The position numbers were made by a program, and so were the translations under genes. Shown here piece after piece: positions 26,154-38,269 of a DNA stretch of 64,000 nt. Every line of letters begins with the position of its first letter. Positions within the stretch are counted from its first letter, which is position 1. This stretch comes from Tubiluchus corallicola. Its lineage: Eukaryota > Animalia > Priapulida. The notes beneath the pieces are model-generated. The model saw only the letters and a program-made list of their open reading frames with translations. It searched no databases and was not told where the DNA came from. The stretch covers positions 30,373 through 94,372 of the forward strand of contig JAQGDQ010000800.1 in NCBI GenBank assembly GCA_030141605.1, in the 5' to 3' direction.

Positions 26154-26335
26154 TCACTCAAGAAAATCAAGGGAGACATCGTCAAATTGCAGGAGAGATC
26201 GACCAGGACGCTTGTCTAACCGAAATTGTGCGTTCGTAGAAAGAACCGAAAGATCGTCTTCCGAGAATGACCTCCGTCTCAGCGGCATTGCATCATCTAA
26301 GAAAGACGGTCGATCAGAAAGAAGGTAAGGCTTCG
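26154..26335 (-). CDS. EGF-repeat membrane protein, terminal coding exon (cytoplasmic tail)
   Basis: tttccaattacag acceptor, phase 1, AKPYLLSDRPSFLDDAMPLRRRSFSEDDLS...DFLE*; phase-compatible with the upstream exons. Confidence 0.75.
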
Positions 26336-26521
26336 CTGTAATTGGAAACAAAAAGTGAATGATTTTATCAGAATTGAACGTTGGTTTTACTTTTCTCCCA
26401 AGAAAACAATATTTTCTTCGGTGCCCAACAGCTGTGTTAGCACTGTTCTAATAGGTTAACCTTTTTCTTATATTAACCAAGCTATTGTGCAGCGTTTCAC
26501 TCAGTCATGCCTTCATTTCCT

Positions 26522-26997
26522 CATTCGTTCGTTCGTTCGTTCGTTCGTTCGTTCGTTCGTTCGTTCGTTCGTTCGTTCGTTCGTTCGTTCGTTCGTTCGT
26601 TCGTTCGTTCATTCATTCATTCATTCATTCATTCATTCATTCATTCATTCATTCATTCATTCATTCATTCATTCATTCATTCATACATTCATACATTCAT
26701 ACATTCATACATTCATACATCCATCCATCCATCCATCCATTCATTCATTCATCCATCCATCCATCCATCCATTCATTCATTCATTCATTCATTCATTCAT
26801 TCATTCATTCATTCATTCATTCATTCATTCATTCATTCATTCGTCCATTCATTCATTCATTCATTCATTCATTCATTCATTCAGTCATTCACTCATTCAT
26901 TCATTCATTCATTCATTCATTCATTCATTCATTCATTCATTCATCCATCCATTCATTCATTCATTCATTCATTCATCCATTCATTCATTCATTCATT
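26522..26997. repeat. (TTCG)n/(TTCA)n compound microsatellite
   Basis: Direct inspection. Confidence 0.95.
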
Positions 26998-27248
26998 ACA
27001 GTACGTTACCAATACAAATACATTCAATAGCTAACGTACTTCAATACAGTAACACATAATTAATGTCAAAAACTATAGTCGAGGAGACAGCCACTAACAC
27101 ATAAGCCGTTACCGTCCCTGCCTCCGTTACAAAATACAGCCAAAATGAAGCGAAACTATTGAAATGGATAAAAATAACATGCCGTTCTTATTTTCTACAT
27201 CTACACTGAAGGAAAAGTATCAAAACAGTTTTTTAATTTGCTATAGGA

Positions 27249-27284
<36 letters not shown>

Positions 27285-28588
27285 ATACACTTAGCAATCC
27301 CTAATCGTACAGACATACAAGTACGCGTCCAAATCATTTTTCACAAGTTTTCAATTGTTAGATTATAATGTGCAAACTATATATCATATTCACCAGCATA
27401 AAATTCGCCAGCATAATAGACCAATTCTATTGTGTTCCCTAATCAGTGAGAAAAAATAGTTTTAAAAGTTTGCTGGAACACGGATTATAGGAAGATATTC
27501 AGACGTAATGTAAGTGTTAAAAATTTATTGAATTAACGTGGCACTATGACTGCAAAGTTTCGACCTGAGATCGTAGAAAATTAAATTTTTTTAATGAAAA
27601 TTCAAAATTCAAAAGACTCACGTTTTCGCATATACTCCGATTTTTGTAAAATATTTCAACCGCTGCAGTTAACTTTGGCGCAGACATGTTTCATTTAGTC
27701 CGCCAATAGAAAAGCCAGCATGTGACTGATCACGTGGCATGACATCACTCGAACACAGTCGCAGTGAGTAGTGAGCACTAAAAAGGTTTGTGGTGGTTCT
27801 GTGACGCCATCTAATATGGCGCCAACGTGACAGTCTCGAGGGAGTATTTAAAATGAAAACAAACAGGAAATTCTTTTAATGAAAAATCAAAATTCTAAGC
27901 TGCTGACAGAGTCTACATTTGGTGTAGGTGCTGCAGTAAATACTTGAGTTATTGAAGTTACTGTATTGTTAAGGAAACAATTTGATAATGTGCAGTTGTG
28001 CTGTAATTAAGGTTTTTTTAGACTTAGCAGAAAGTGGTAGTATCTTAGGGATGTGCTCTTTTGGTTGTTTGCCTGTAAAAATAATTTACCTATTTCTTAA
28101 ACTGTTTACTGTACTATCTATTTACAAACCATTTACTGGGTTTCAACTAGAGTTAATGAGGTGTAACAGGAGTCCTGGCTATTGTATGTTGGGCAGTAGT
28201 AGTTTAGGTTTCATAGTCTGCTGGTAAAGGTCAGATTTCAAATTTCATAATGTAGTTTGTTAAGGTATGTTTGCTTCAAATTATATTTTATGGTTTTTTT
28301 GTTTTACCTAAACTGAGGTTAGTGCTTTAAATTTAATTTTTGTTGTAGTGTGTTAAACCTAAGTGAATTATTAAGTTCCAAGTGTTGCTTTTTACTTTTG
28401 TTATTTCAGGATGCAATTTATGTTGAAACCCACCCCCCTCTACAACGCCCTCACTTCTTTTTTTGAGCACAGTAATAAAGGAAGTCAACCTGTACCAAAG
28501 TGTTCATCATTTTTTGTTTAGGTTATGGGTTACAGACAGACAGACAGACAGACAGACAAACTGGACAAAACAGTTACAGGAATATTAC

Positions 28589-28693
28589 CTGTTGCTGATC
28601 TTGCCAACCTCTCTTTAGGTGATGATGGTACAGCTGTTTCGTCTACTGATGACCCACCTTCTTTTGCACAGCTTGATGTTCTGCCAATATCGT
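28589..28693 (-). CDS. EGF-repeat membrane protein, cytoplasmic exon
   Basis: aaatgcag|YDIGRTSSCAKEGGSSVDETAVPSSPKERLARSAT|gtaat; 105 bp, phase 1-1, open frame. Confidence 0.7.
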
Positions 28694-28820
28694 CTGCATT
28701 TAATTTATTTTTTTAATTAATTTATTAGCACTTCTAACCAAATTACAGTGAGCTGGAACAACCAGAGTCTAATTACAAATATTGCAATTTACAATAAAGT
28801 AAAGCACGATGCGACTCTTG

Positions 28821-29186
28821 TGTTTTGTTTCTTTCGGAAGGTTCGTAGAGAAAATCAGAAAACACTTCGTCAAATTAAACTAGTTTATTAAGCGAGAATT
28901 CTACAACACAAAAGTCTGAAGGAACACGAACTGTTTACAGTAAACGTGAAATTCTGGAAAACGTTTAAGTGTTTTCTGAAAATGCAATTATACAAGAGAA
29001 TGTGTAAGTGGCGTCCGTGTGAATCAGCGTGAGAGAGTCTTAGCGGCCTGCTTTGCCTTACATAGGGAGCCAGGGAACATTCCAGACGTTTCTTTCTAGA
29101 ACATCTACAAGGTAAGACGATTATTCTAACGGAACATTCTACAATGTTCTATCTAACTTTAATAGATGCCTGCGATCTCCACAACA
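28821..29186 (-). mobile_element. Possible solo LTR
   Basis: TGTT...AACA ends; on the minus strand, GAAnnTTC repeats, a TATA-like TATGTAA and then AATAAA, in LTR order. No matching TSD was found. Confidence 0.4.
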
Positions 29187-29249
29187 GTATTAGAGAAATG
29201 GAGGAGAGTATTCAAACGTGAAACAGGTAAGTCAGTTACTTCAATCAAC

Positions 29250-29261
29250 CGATCGATCCGT

Positions 29262-29293
<32 letters not shown>

Positions 29294-29908
29294 CAGTCAG
29301 TCAGTCAGTCAGTCAGTCAGTCAGTCAGTCAGTCAGTCAGTCAGTCAGTCAGTCAGTCAGTCAGTCAGTCGGTCAGTCAGTCAGTCAGTCAGTCGTAGTC
29401 AGAGTCAGTCAGTCAGTCAGTCAGTCAGTCAGTCAGTCAGTCAGTCAGTCAGTCAGTCAGTCAGTCAGTCATCGTCAGTCAGTCATCGTCTCAGTCGTCA
29501 GTCGTCAGTCAGTCAGTCAGTCAGTCAGTCGGTCAGTCTGTCAGTCAGTCAGTCAGTCGGTCAGTCGGTCAGTCGGTCAGTCAGTCAGTCAGTCAGTCAG
29601 TCAGTCAGTCAGTCAGTCGGTCAGTCGGTCGGTCGGTCGGTCGGTCAGTCAGTCAGTCAGTCAGTCAGTCAGTCAGTCAGTCAGTCAGTCAGTCAGTCGG
29701 TCAGTCAGTCAGTCAGTCAGTCAGTCAGTCAGTCAGTCAGTCAGTCAGTCAGTCAGTCAGTCAGTCAGTCAGTCAGTCAGTCAGTCAGTCAGTCAGTCAG
29801 TCAGTCAGTCAGTCAGTCAGTCAGTCAGTCAGTCAGTCAGTCAGTCAGTCAGTCAGTCAGTCAGTCAGTCAGTCAGTCAGTCAGTCAGTCAGTCAGTCAG
29901 TCAGTCAG

Positions 29909-29980
<72 letters not shown>

Positions 29981-30055
29981 GCAAGCAAGCAACAACAACA
30001 ACAACAACAACACAACAGCAAGCAATCAATCAATCAATCAATCAATCAAATCAAT
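29250..30055. repeat. (GTCA)n grading into (ATCA)n microsatellite; tail of the adjacent LINE
   Basis: Direct inspection; abuts AATAAA of the minus-strand LINE end. Confidence 0.95.
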
Positions 30056-30870
30056 TTATTTCACTCCAGCAATACATATACAATACATCAACATACAGCA
30101 ATATTGAAACAAAAAGAAACAGTATAGGTAAAAAAACGTTGATGAAGTCAAATTAACCAAATAAAAGAGTTGCTGTATGACACCTTGAAACAGCTTGGCT
30201 TGTTAAGGTGGCACAAATGAGTGAATGAAAGAATGGTTAGGGTTAGTAGACATGATGGAATGAAAAAATAGTAAGATTAGGGATAGGAAGAAGGAAAAGA
30301 GGAGAAGAAACGACCACAGTGTATGTTTAATTTACATAGAGGTATATTAAAATAGCATTATAATTGAATTGGAGGCCACATATTGTGACTGCACGAGACA
30401 TGGAACCATTAAAATTGTACAATAAGTATGAATCAAAAATGGTCCTTTCCAAGTACTTTTGAAACTATAAATAGTTTTCTTTATTTTACTTGGGCACTTA
30501 TTTTATTGCAGTTATTGGGGGCTCTGAATTTAATAAAGTGCCTGGCACTATCAGTACGACAGTAAAGGACATGATATTCATTGAACCTTGTAAAGTAATG
30601 TTTAGGATTTGCTGTAATGGGATTTGCAAAGGAAGTGGGAAACAAGTTGTCTCATGTCTTGTACATGTAAATAGACAAGTGATATATAACCAAGTCTTCG
30701 AGAATTATTATACCGCATTCATTAAACAAGGACATACCAACAGTGGAACGTTTAGATAAATTGTTTAATATTCTTATAAACTTTCTTTGATGCCTAGATA
30801 AGCTTATTAAGTTGGATGGATAAGATGTAACCCATATAATACAGCAATAAGTTAGGTATGGTAATGTGAG
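30056..30870 (-). mobile_element. 5'-truncated L2/CR1-group LINE
   Basis: Minus strand reads LTLPYLTYCCIIWVTSYPSNLISLSRHQRKFIRI, the post-RT PYLxYCxxxW...LQKxxIRI motif, followed by a 3' UTR and a microsatellite tail. Confidence 0.7.
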
Positions 30871-30882
30871 TTAGTTACTTAC

Positions 30883-31005
30883 ATCTCAGACACGTCTTCT
30901 CCTTCTTGGCTGCCACAAGACATGCAATAAGCAAGATCAGAAGTAGAGATAAGACAACAACAACTGTTATGATAAACGCTTTAGCTGTCGTGGTTTCTTC
31001 CAGAG
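30883..31005 (-). CDS. EGF-repeat membrane protein, transmembrane exon
   Basis: ttttag|ALEETTTAKAFIITVVVVLSLLLILLIACLVAAKKEKTCLR|gtaagt; 123 bp, phase 1-1; hydrophobic span of about 24 aa followed by a basic stop-transfer. Confidence 0.88.
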
Positions 31006-31530
31006 CTAAAACATTAATTTGCTCAGTTTATTAATCTATACAAGCAGGGCTGTACAGGTTAGTGAAAAACAAGAAAACCCTTTGCTTACATAAAGCTAAA
31101 AATTGTCTTCATGCTTTATACCACTTACATGCTGTCTTATTGCATGTAGGGCTTTCGTTCGTTTTATTAATCTATACAAGCAGGGCTAAAGGATTATTCA
31201 AATACATTTTTCAATAATTCACTTAACTTAAAATAGAATTTCAACTTTAAAGAAGGCGGTCCAGGAGCTTTAAAACCCAATTTTAAAAAAAGTGGTGTTT
31301 ATTTGAGTTAAAAGCCCCCTGTTTCCGTCCCTTCATCTGAGATAGGGGACTTCTGTCTGAAGCTCTTTAGTTGAGACAAGTGGTCCCCGTCTGAGAGGGA
31401 GTCCTATAATTGTCATAATCACATCCCGTCATGTAATTAAAGCTCCGTAAACACATGAAAACACGTTCCGTAAACAAAGCTTGAAAAATTCGTCTGGAAA
31501 CTTTATGCCACTGAATTATTAATTACTAAC

Positions 31531-31607
31531 TCTTATAGGCAATAAAATGTATATTTTGGATAGTAAATTAAAATGAGATTGAGCCTAATCAGTCGTCCGG
31601 TTTTCCT
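31531..31607 (+). mobile_element. Kolobok-like MITE right end (copy 3)
   Basis: Ends TCGTCCGGTTTTCCT|TTAA; matches the distal part of copies 2 and 4. Confidence 0.7.
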
Positions 31608-31653
31608 TTAACATACAAGAAAATTAACGTCTAACAGAATCATTATTACCTAC

Positions 31654-31707
31654 CTGGGTTCTGCGTAGTTTCCACTGCAGTAATTGTTGATAAGTCGGTG
31701 GATTCAT
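31654..31707 (-). CDS. EGF-repeat membrane protein, Ser/Thr-rich stalk exon
   Basis: ttttctag|DESTDLSTITAVETTQNP|gtaggt; 54 bp, phase 1-1. Confidence 0.78.
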
Positions 31708-31736
31708 CTAGAAAATTTATTGCAATGTTACTAGCC

Positions 31737-31975
31737 TTATAGTAAAAGAGGACCTGTTAAGCTATGTTAAAAGTGTTAGATTATGATAGATAATTATGCT
31801 GATGAATGCTGGCATGAAGCCAGTTAAGGAGTGGTGTCACGTGAGCAAGTGATTCAGAACCGAAGCGTAGGCGCCGAAGCGTAGTTTTATAATCTGACTC
31901 TTCATAGTTTTGCTATCCCTAAAACACCAATAATCAGCTTCACACAACCAATACAACGAATTATTTTACTCTTAT
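31737..31975 (+). mobile_element. LTR-like repeat family, copy A (internally deleted)
   Basis: Matches 36298-36655 with the TATA/AATAAA segment missing. Confidence 0.75.
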
Positions 31976-32009
31976 GCAGATGTTGCAAATGTTATTGAAT
32001 GGGCAATAA

Positions 32010-32318
32010 GACTTTCCACAGTTCCAACGATTGATGATGACCGTGAAAGGTCAAAGGTCAAGTGAACCAGACGATGCATTTGTCTACACGTTACAGTGCA
32101 TCGCGGTCCATGTTACTGTAATAGTAACAGTTTTAACAGCTAGCTAGAAACCTTTCTTAGTTCACTTTTTGTTTTTCCCAAACAAGATCCTGCTAGTAAA
32201 TCACCCTATGCACAGACTAATGCATAATTAAGTAAAGCCCACGTAAAACAACTGAAGTTATTTAACTTATGCGGGAGACGGCTTTGCTTTACCCACACGT
32301 GAAACTGTGAAAAGGCTC
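32010..32318. mobile_element. MITE with (A)GCCTTTTCACAGTT TIRs; other copies at 44020-44168 and inverted at 45080-45420
   Basis: AGACTTTCCACAGTT...AACTGTGAAAAGGCT; shared internal CAAGATCCTGCTAGTAAATCA. Confidence 0.7.
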
Positions 32319-32449
32319 ATTAAATACGTTTATTGATTTTATTCTTATCAGCAACTGGTTACAGATTGCTGAGTCTCGCGTATAACTCTGTCAGGGAATA
32401 AAATCGGCTAAATAAAATATTTCTGTAAAAACCTAGAACAATTTCTTAC

Positions 32450-32563
32450 CAGTTTCACACATCGTGCCAGTATAACCAGGTTTACAAGTGCAAAGGAAGT
32501 CACTGACTCCATCATAGCAGGTGCCATCGTTTAGACAAGGTTGAGAAATGCAATCGTTTTCAT
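32450..32563 (-). CDS. EGF exon 4
   Basis: [38 protein letters not shown]; 114 bp, ag/gt, phase 1-1. Confidence 0.93.
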
Positions 32564-32639
32564 CTTAAGAACAACAAAAAATAACAAAAATAATGTATTC
32601 AAGCGTAAGAGAAAATACTAAGCAGAAGTGTGACAATGA

Positions 32640-32960
32640 TTATATATATATATATATATATATAATCTTTATTTGCCATAAAAAATCGATATTCATAACT
32701 ATAAAAGCATAAAAGAACATCGCAGCGTGAGAATAAAATTCACACAACTGTTAAAGGCAAATGCGTCCAGTGCAAACTAAAAACTACTGTGCCAAAAATT
32801 TAAAACAAAATATACATTATAATGTTACACGAAAATTATAATAGACTATATGTACCATATATATACATGTAATTTAAAATGGACGTGGGTATATAAAATT
32901 TGTGGATGAATATATATTATCGTTTACGTATGTTGGGTTTTCAAAACGATTTAATGTATG
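32640..32960 (-). mobile_element. LINE 3' end with (TA)n tail; near-identical copy at 57667-57965, related copy at about 53520-53990 (+)
   Basis: Shared AATCTTTATTTGCCATAAAAAATCGATATTCATAACTATAAAAGC... The 53520 copy encodes LWNSLPLQVKQIKSLSAFKTKLK, an L2/CR1 ORF2 end. Confidence 0.7.
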
Positions 32961-33284
32961 TATTTTTAATTTTGATTTGAAATCGTTGAAAGACTTGATT
33001 TGTTTAAATTAATTAGTTTAACTTTTTCAGTTTTAGTTTAGTTTTTATTTGTTCAATTATAAAGACTGAACATTTACAAATTACAACGAAAAGATTTGGA
33101 GTAGTTATTATTATTCCACCAAATGTAGGGAAAACTGGGGCAAATTAAACCAATAAGTTCACGAGGCAATAGCTTTGGTCCTAAATTTTGATAGGCCCTA
33201 GGTGTCCTGAGTCTAATGACCATTTAAAGCGAGATTTAAGTGGTCATTAAATGACCACGCATAATGACCATGCTATTTTTAAAA

Positions 33285-33569
33285 AGATAGTTAGATAATT
33301 AGATAGTTAGTTTATTAGATAGTTAGATAATTAGATAGTTAGATAATTAGATAGTTAGATAATTAGATAGTTAGATTATTAGAAAGTTAGATTATTAGAT
33401 TAGATAATTAGATAGTTAGATAATTAGATAGTTAGGTAATTAGATAATTAGATAATTAGATAGTTAGATTACTAGAAAGTTAGATTATTAGATAGTTAGA
33501 TAATTAGATAGTTAGATAATTAGATAGTTAGATAATTAGATAGTTAGATAATTAGATAGTTAGATAATA
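33285..33569. repeat. (TTAGATAG/TTAGATAA)n 8-bp satellite
   Basis: Direct inspection. Confidence 0.93.
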
Positions 33570-33571
33570 AA

Positions 33572-34148
33572 GTGGGCCATAATCGTAATGACATAGTAGC
33601 TAAAACTCTGATCAATACATATTGTCTAGCCGTTTTATTATACGGATGCGAAATTGGGGGTATATCAGACAATGAAGTTAATGCCATTAGGGTAAAATGG
33701 AACACTGCCTATAGAAAATATTCGGTTTTTGACAAAACGAAAGCGTCAAATTGTTAATGTATTTTTGTGGCACAATTCCAGCGAACTTTTTAATAGATAG
33801 TCGAAAATTAAATTTTGTGAGAAAAATTGTAAACTCTTGCACATTGAGAATTCCAAAGCTAAGCTACTATGTAAATAACAGTCAAGTAAATTCAAGATTT
33901 AAATATGGTTGTGCTGTAGGTCTAAACGAAAATGTGAAATTAAAGGTTAAGAACTCATTTAAAGACTATGTTTTAAGATATCTATTATAGCTCCTTACAA
34001 CACTGTATACTGTAATATAATTACAAGGGAACTACATTGTGTGGTTATTATAATGTCTGTAGATATTTTACTTTACTAATATTGCATTACCTGTTTTACT
34101 AACATCTTTATCTTTGTAAACGGTATATTTTTATACGAAATAAACGCA
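33572..34148 (+). mobile_element. 5'-truncated CR1-group LINE (ORF2 C-terminus, frameshifted)
   Basis: LINTYCLAVLLYGCEI...WNTAYRK / LMYFCGTIPANFLIDSRKLNF, then AATAAA and a microsatellite tail. Confidence 0.72.
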
Positions 34149-34597
<449 letters not shown>

Positions 34598-34927
34598 TGA
34601 AATTATTAAAACTGAACTGAGAAGTATTAACTTCAGCAGTTCATCATCACATTAAATATATACAGGGTCGTCCGTAAAAACGTTCCACCAAATTATACTT
34701 AACCTTTGACCTACAGCAACTGCGCGTGCGCACAACGAAACTGTGAAAAAGATTATTGCTAAACATTTTAGTATCAACCCAGACCCTAATCCTAACCCTA
34801 ACACCAACCGGAAGTCATTGTGCCTTTTCTTCGTGAGTTTTTTCCTGTGACTTTATTACTGGTCACCTATCCATACACGACTCTGATGGTGATTCTCATG
34901 TACTAGATTAGTGTGTAAAGCAATTAC

Positions 34928-35041
34928 CTGTTTCACAATTTTTACCGGTATATCCTGGACTACAAGTGCAGGTGAAATGAGAGTCATAGTTGTTGCAGGT
35001 GCCACCATTAGAACAAGTTACAGTCGAACATTTATCAACCA
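34928..35041 (-). CDS. EGF exon 3
   Basis: VDKCSTVTCSNGGTCNNYDSHFTCTCSPGYTGKNCET; 114 bp, phase 1-1. Confidence 0.93.
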
Positions 35042-35680
35042 CTAGAAAGACCAAAAATAACAAATAATTATTTATATATATTAATTCCTTATATGTCATT
35101 AAAATGGTTCACTCATTATAATGAAATTGAGTAAGCCTCAGCATAATGTTAAGATAACAACACTGTTCAAGACAAATACGTCCAGTGCAGACTAAAAAAA
35201 ACTAAAGCGCAAAACTAAGGCCTAATTATATACAATAAATGAACATATTTACAAACGCCATATTAAAATATTTTACAAAACAATATTACAAAAGTACACT
35301 AAATTTTACATGACATATTTTACACTATATATACATTTGACATGACATAATTAACAGATACATGCTTTACATTACATAAATTTTACTCATTGCATTTACA
35401 CTATTTATACATTTGACATTACAAAACTAACATAACACGTAATAATATTTTTAATAGTTTTATGGAGTCAGGGGCGGAGGTAGATCAAATTCGCAGGTAA
35501 ACAGAACCATGCTCAGTTTAATTTGTTTCACCTTTTCGTAACCACTGAAATTATTCTTCTTTCCGATTCCTCAAACGTCTCTCTCTCTCTTTTTTTGAAC
35601 TTATTCGGTTATCAGTTTTAACATTTCTCAACATTCCATTAAGCAGACTAATTAATATTTCATATAATCCTTCGTTAGTT

Positions 35681-35982
35681 ACACCACACCTTAACTGGGC
35701 TTCATGCCAGCATTCATCAACATAATTATCTATCATAATCTAACGTTTTTAACATAGCTTAACAGGTTCTCTTTACTATAATGTTACCATCAGCAACTGT
35801 ATCTACAGTGTACACAAATGAAAGAACTAGTCTCTAAGAACTAACATGTTGTTTATTAGCACAGACGATCGTTTTGACAACAACTGTCATTTTCAATGGT
35901 ATAAATCCAGCCAAAACAATTAATAAGTACAATTATGACACCACTAGCCAAGGCTAAAATAAACTATATCACTACACAATCA
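35681..35982 (-). mobile_element. LTR-like repeat family, copy B (partial, inverted)
   Basis: Near-perfect reverse complement of 36097-36397. Confidence 0.85.
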
Positions 35983-35989
35983 GAAGAGG

Positions 35990-36655
35990 GAAATTCAAAT
36001 TGTCAGAATACAACTAGCAATAACTTAGAAAGAGGCTCTTACGTGAAGAAAACTGTAAAGAAAACACAAGAATATATCAGATTCTGGTAAAGATTGTGAT
36101 TGTATAGTGATATAATTTATTTTAGCCTTGGCTAGTGGTGTCATAATTGTACTTATTATTTGTTTTGGCTGGATTTATACCATTGAAAATGACAGTTGTT
36201 GTCAAAACGATCGTCTGTGCTAATAAACAACATGTTAGTTCTTAGAGGCTAGTTCTTTCATTTGTGTAGACTGTAGTTAAAGTCGCTGATGGTAACATTA
36301 TAGTAAAGAGAACCTGTTAAACTATGTTAAAACGTTAGATTATGATAGATAATTATGTTGATGAATGCTGGCATGAAGCCCAGTTAAGGAGTGGTGTCAC
36401 GTGAGTAAGTGATTCAGAATCGAGGTGTCGAAGCTCCGCGCACGATATATAAGCCTTGTGATGCGCCCAGCTCAGGGGATTGAGTCTGGAAGCTGAAGGA
36501 GAGCAAGCTAGATCAGGGGGCTTGGCTTTACTATCTGTTATATTTATTGTGTTTGATGTTCAATAAACGTGTAGTTTTATAATCTGACTAGTTTTGCCAT
36601 CCCTAAAACACCAATAATCAGCTTTGCACAACCAATACAACGAATTATTTAACTC
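35990..36655 (+). mobile_element. LTR-like repeat family, copy C (about 670 bp)
   Basis: Contains TATATAA (about 36446) and AATAAA (about 36562) in U3-R-U5 order; full-length inverted copy at 41509-42191. Termini are not a clean TG...CA. Confidence 0.7.
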
Positions 36656-36836
36656 TTATAGTTGAAACAAAGTCGCTTTCCCTGCGATTGTATAAGACTA
36701 TTTTGACTATTCCGAATTATTATCGACAATTACGTTCAACTAAATCCACATAATTAAGAGATCTAAAAGACCTAATTTAACAATAAGCATGACAATTGCT
36801 ATATTATTGAAATAAAGCGACATGTGAATACATTAA

Positions 36837-37066
36837 CGGCGCATTCAAAGTAGCAGGCTTTCTCGTTAAATAACTTGTAAGCATGTTCAGACTAGAGAGC
36901 AAAAGTTACTCTGAGTTACTCTCCAACAGTAAGCGCGAGCTGGCACTGCCTACTTTACTCATACTAGACAGTAGCTCGCAGGAAATCAATAAAGCACTTT
37001 CACACTTGAGAGTTTGCCGTCAGAGAGAAAACTTGCGACAGAAAACTCGCTAATGTGAATGGGCCC
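36837..37066. mobile_element. PIF/Harbinger-like MITE
   Basis: TAA|CGGCGCATTCA...TGAATGGGCCC|TAA with imperfect extended TIRs. Confidence 0.5.
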
Positions 37067-37224
37067 TAACAAAGGAAGTTTGCATAACTTATGGAAACTC
37101 ATAGGACCAATGCCTGCACCTGATTAGCTACTCCTTAAATACCCAACTGATGACAACAGACGCTAAACATAGATATTACGTCACTGGTTGCTAGGAAACA
37201 CAGAAGCACGGAGACTAGTAAATA

Positions 37225-37460
37225 AGGGTGGTGGCAGTAACTAAGTGCAGGGCAGTAACAGTAACAGAGGGTTGGGTGATGGCAAACAAGTCCTGTTCGA
37301 TGGTAACCAAGGGCTGGGTGATGGTAACAAAAGACTGGGTGGTGGTAACCAATTGCTGGGTGATGGTAACAAAAGACTGGGTGATGGTAACCAGTTGCTG
37401 GGTGATGGCAACCAAGGGGTGGGTGATGGTAACCAAGGCCTGGATGATGGTAACTAAATA
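37225..37460. repeat. 21-bp minisatellite (GGGTGATGGTAACCAAGGGCT-like), about 10 copies
   Basis: Direct inspection; it generates the GDGNQGL and YHHP ORFs. Confidence 0.88.
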
Positions 37461-38269
37461 TGGGCAGTGCCAGGTTGATGAATATGACAGTTATTGGTAA
37501 CGTCAGGACAATGAGTTCAATAGCCATGATGCAATACACCATTTCATCACATAATATAATCTGTGTGACGCTAATCTCATATAAACTAAATTACCTTATT
37601 AAATACCTATATAACTGCAACACACTTTGAAGTTTTTTTAATGCGTTATTACGATTACACAAAGAATTCATAGTTATTATTAAACAAAAAAAACTTATAA
37701 ATTAAATGACTTGCCTTTTTCTTGTGAATTTCGAACGCGTGCAGTACTGTAAAGATCGCCATGTTTCTCGTCTTTGGCGCGAGTGCGCGAGAATGACGTA
37801 CGAGGTACAGAAAGCGTCTTTGGTTACCGATCTTTGTTGACTTCGTGACTGTACTCATAACGTCATTCGTCTCGCGCAACAAAAATGGCGGTTCTTCAGA
37901 CTTAATACCACTAACAAGAAGAGAGAAAAATCAAACGAAACAAGTTTTACTGTAAGTTCATAAGAAAATAAATTAAATGTTCGTAATGAGAGCAGGATTT
38001 TAAGTTGTAAAAGCTTTTACTACAGTGAGCTTTTTGTTTGGCTATAAGTCCATTATAAATTAATGCCATTTGAGTTGATTGATTAATTACAATATTAATC
38101 ATGAAATCATCGATTAATTATGAAATTCAGAGACTTCAATTAAAAAGCAATTTTGATAATGATGCTAAATAAATTCTAATTCTATTACGGTACAGTTAAT
38201 CATGGGATTACAATAAAATGCAATCAACCTTTTTATTTATTTATTTTTTATTTATTTTTTATTATTATC

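Noticed and set aside
26485-27059. HSFI/RSFV-repeat ORFs in three frames
   Set aside because: Tetranucleotide microsatellite artefact.
29166-30156. 313-aa and 312-aa SQSV-repeat ORFs
   Set aside because: Translation of a stop-free (GTCA)n microsatellite; no coding evidence.
31795-31845. Hammerhead-like CTGATGA-stem-GAA in the LTR-like family
   Set aside because: GAAG instead of GAAA, stems I and III do not close around an NUH site, and two copies read TTGATGA.
34783-34808. Telomere-like CCCTAA repeats
   Set aside because: Only 3-4 degenerate units, common inside invertebrate repeats; not an interstitial telomere.
37135-37542. His/Pro/Cys-rich and GDGNQGL ORFs resembling structural or metal-binding proteins
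   Set aside because: A 21-bp minisatellite open in several frames on both strands; no convincing splice context.
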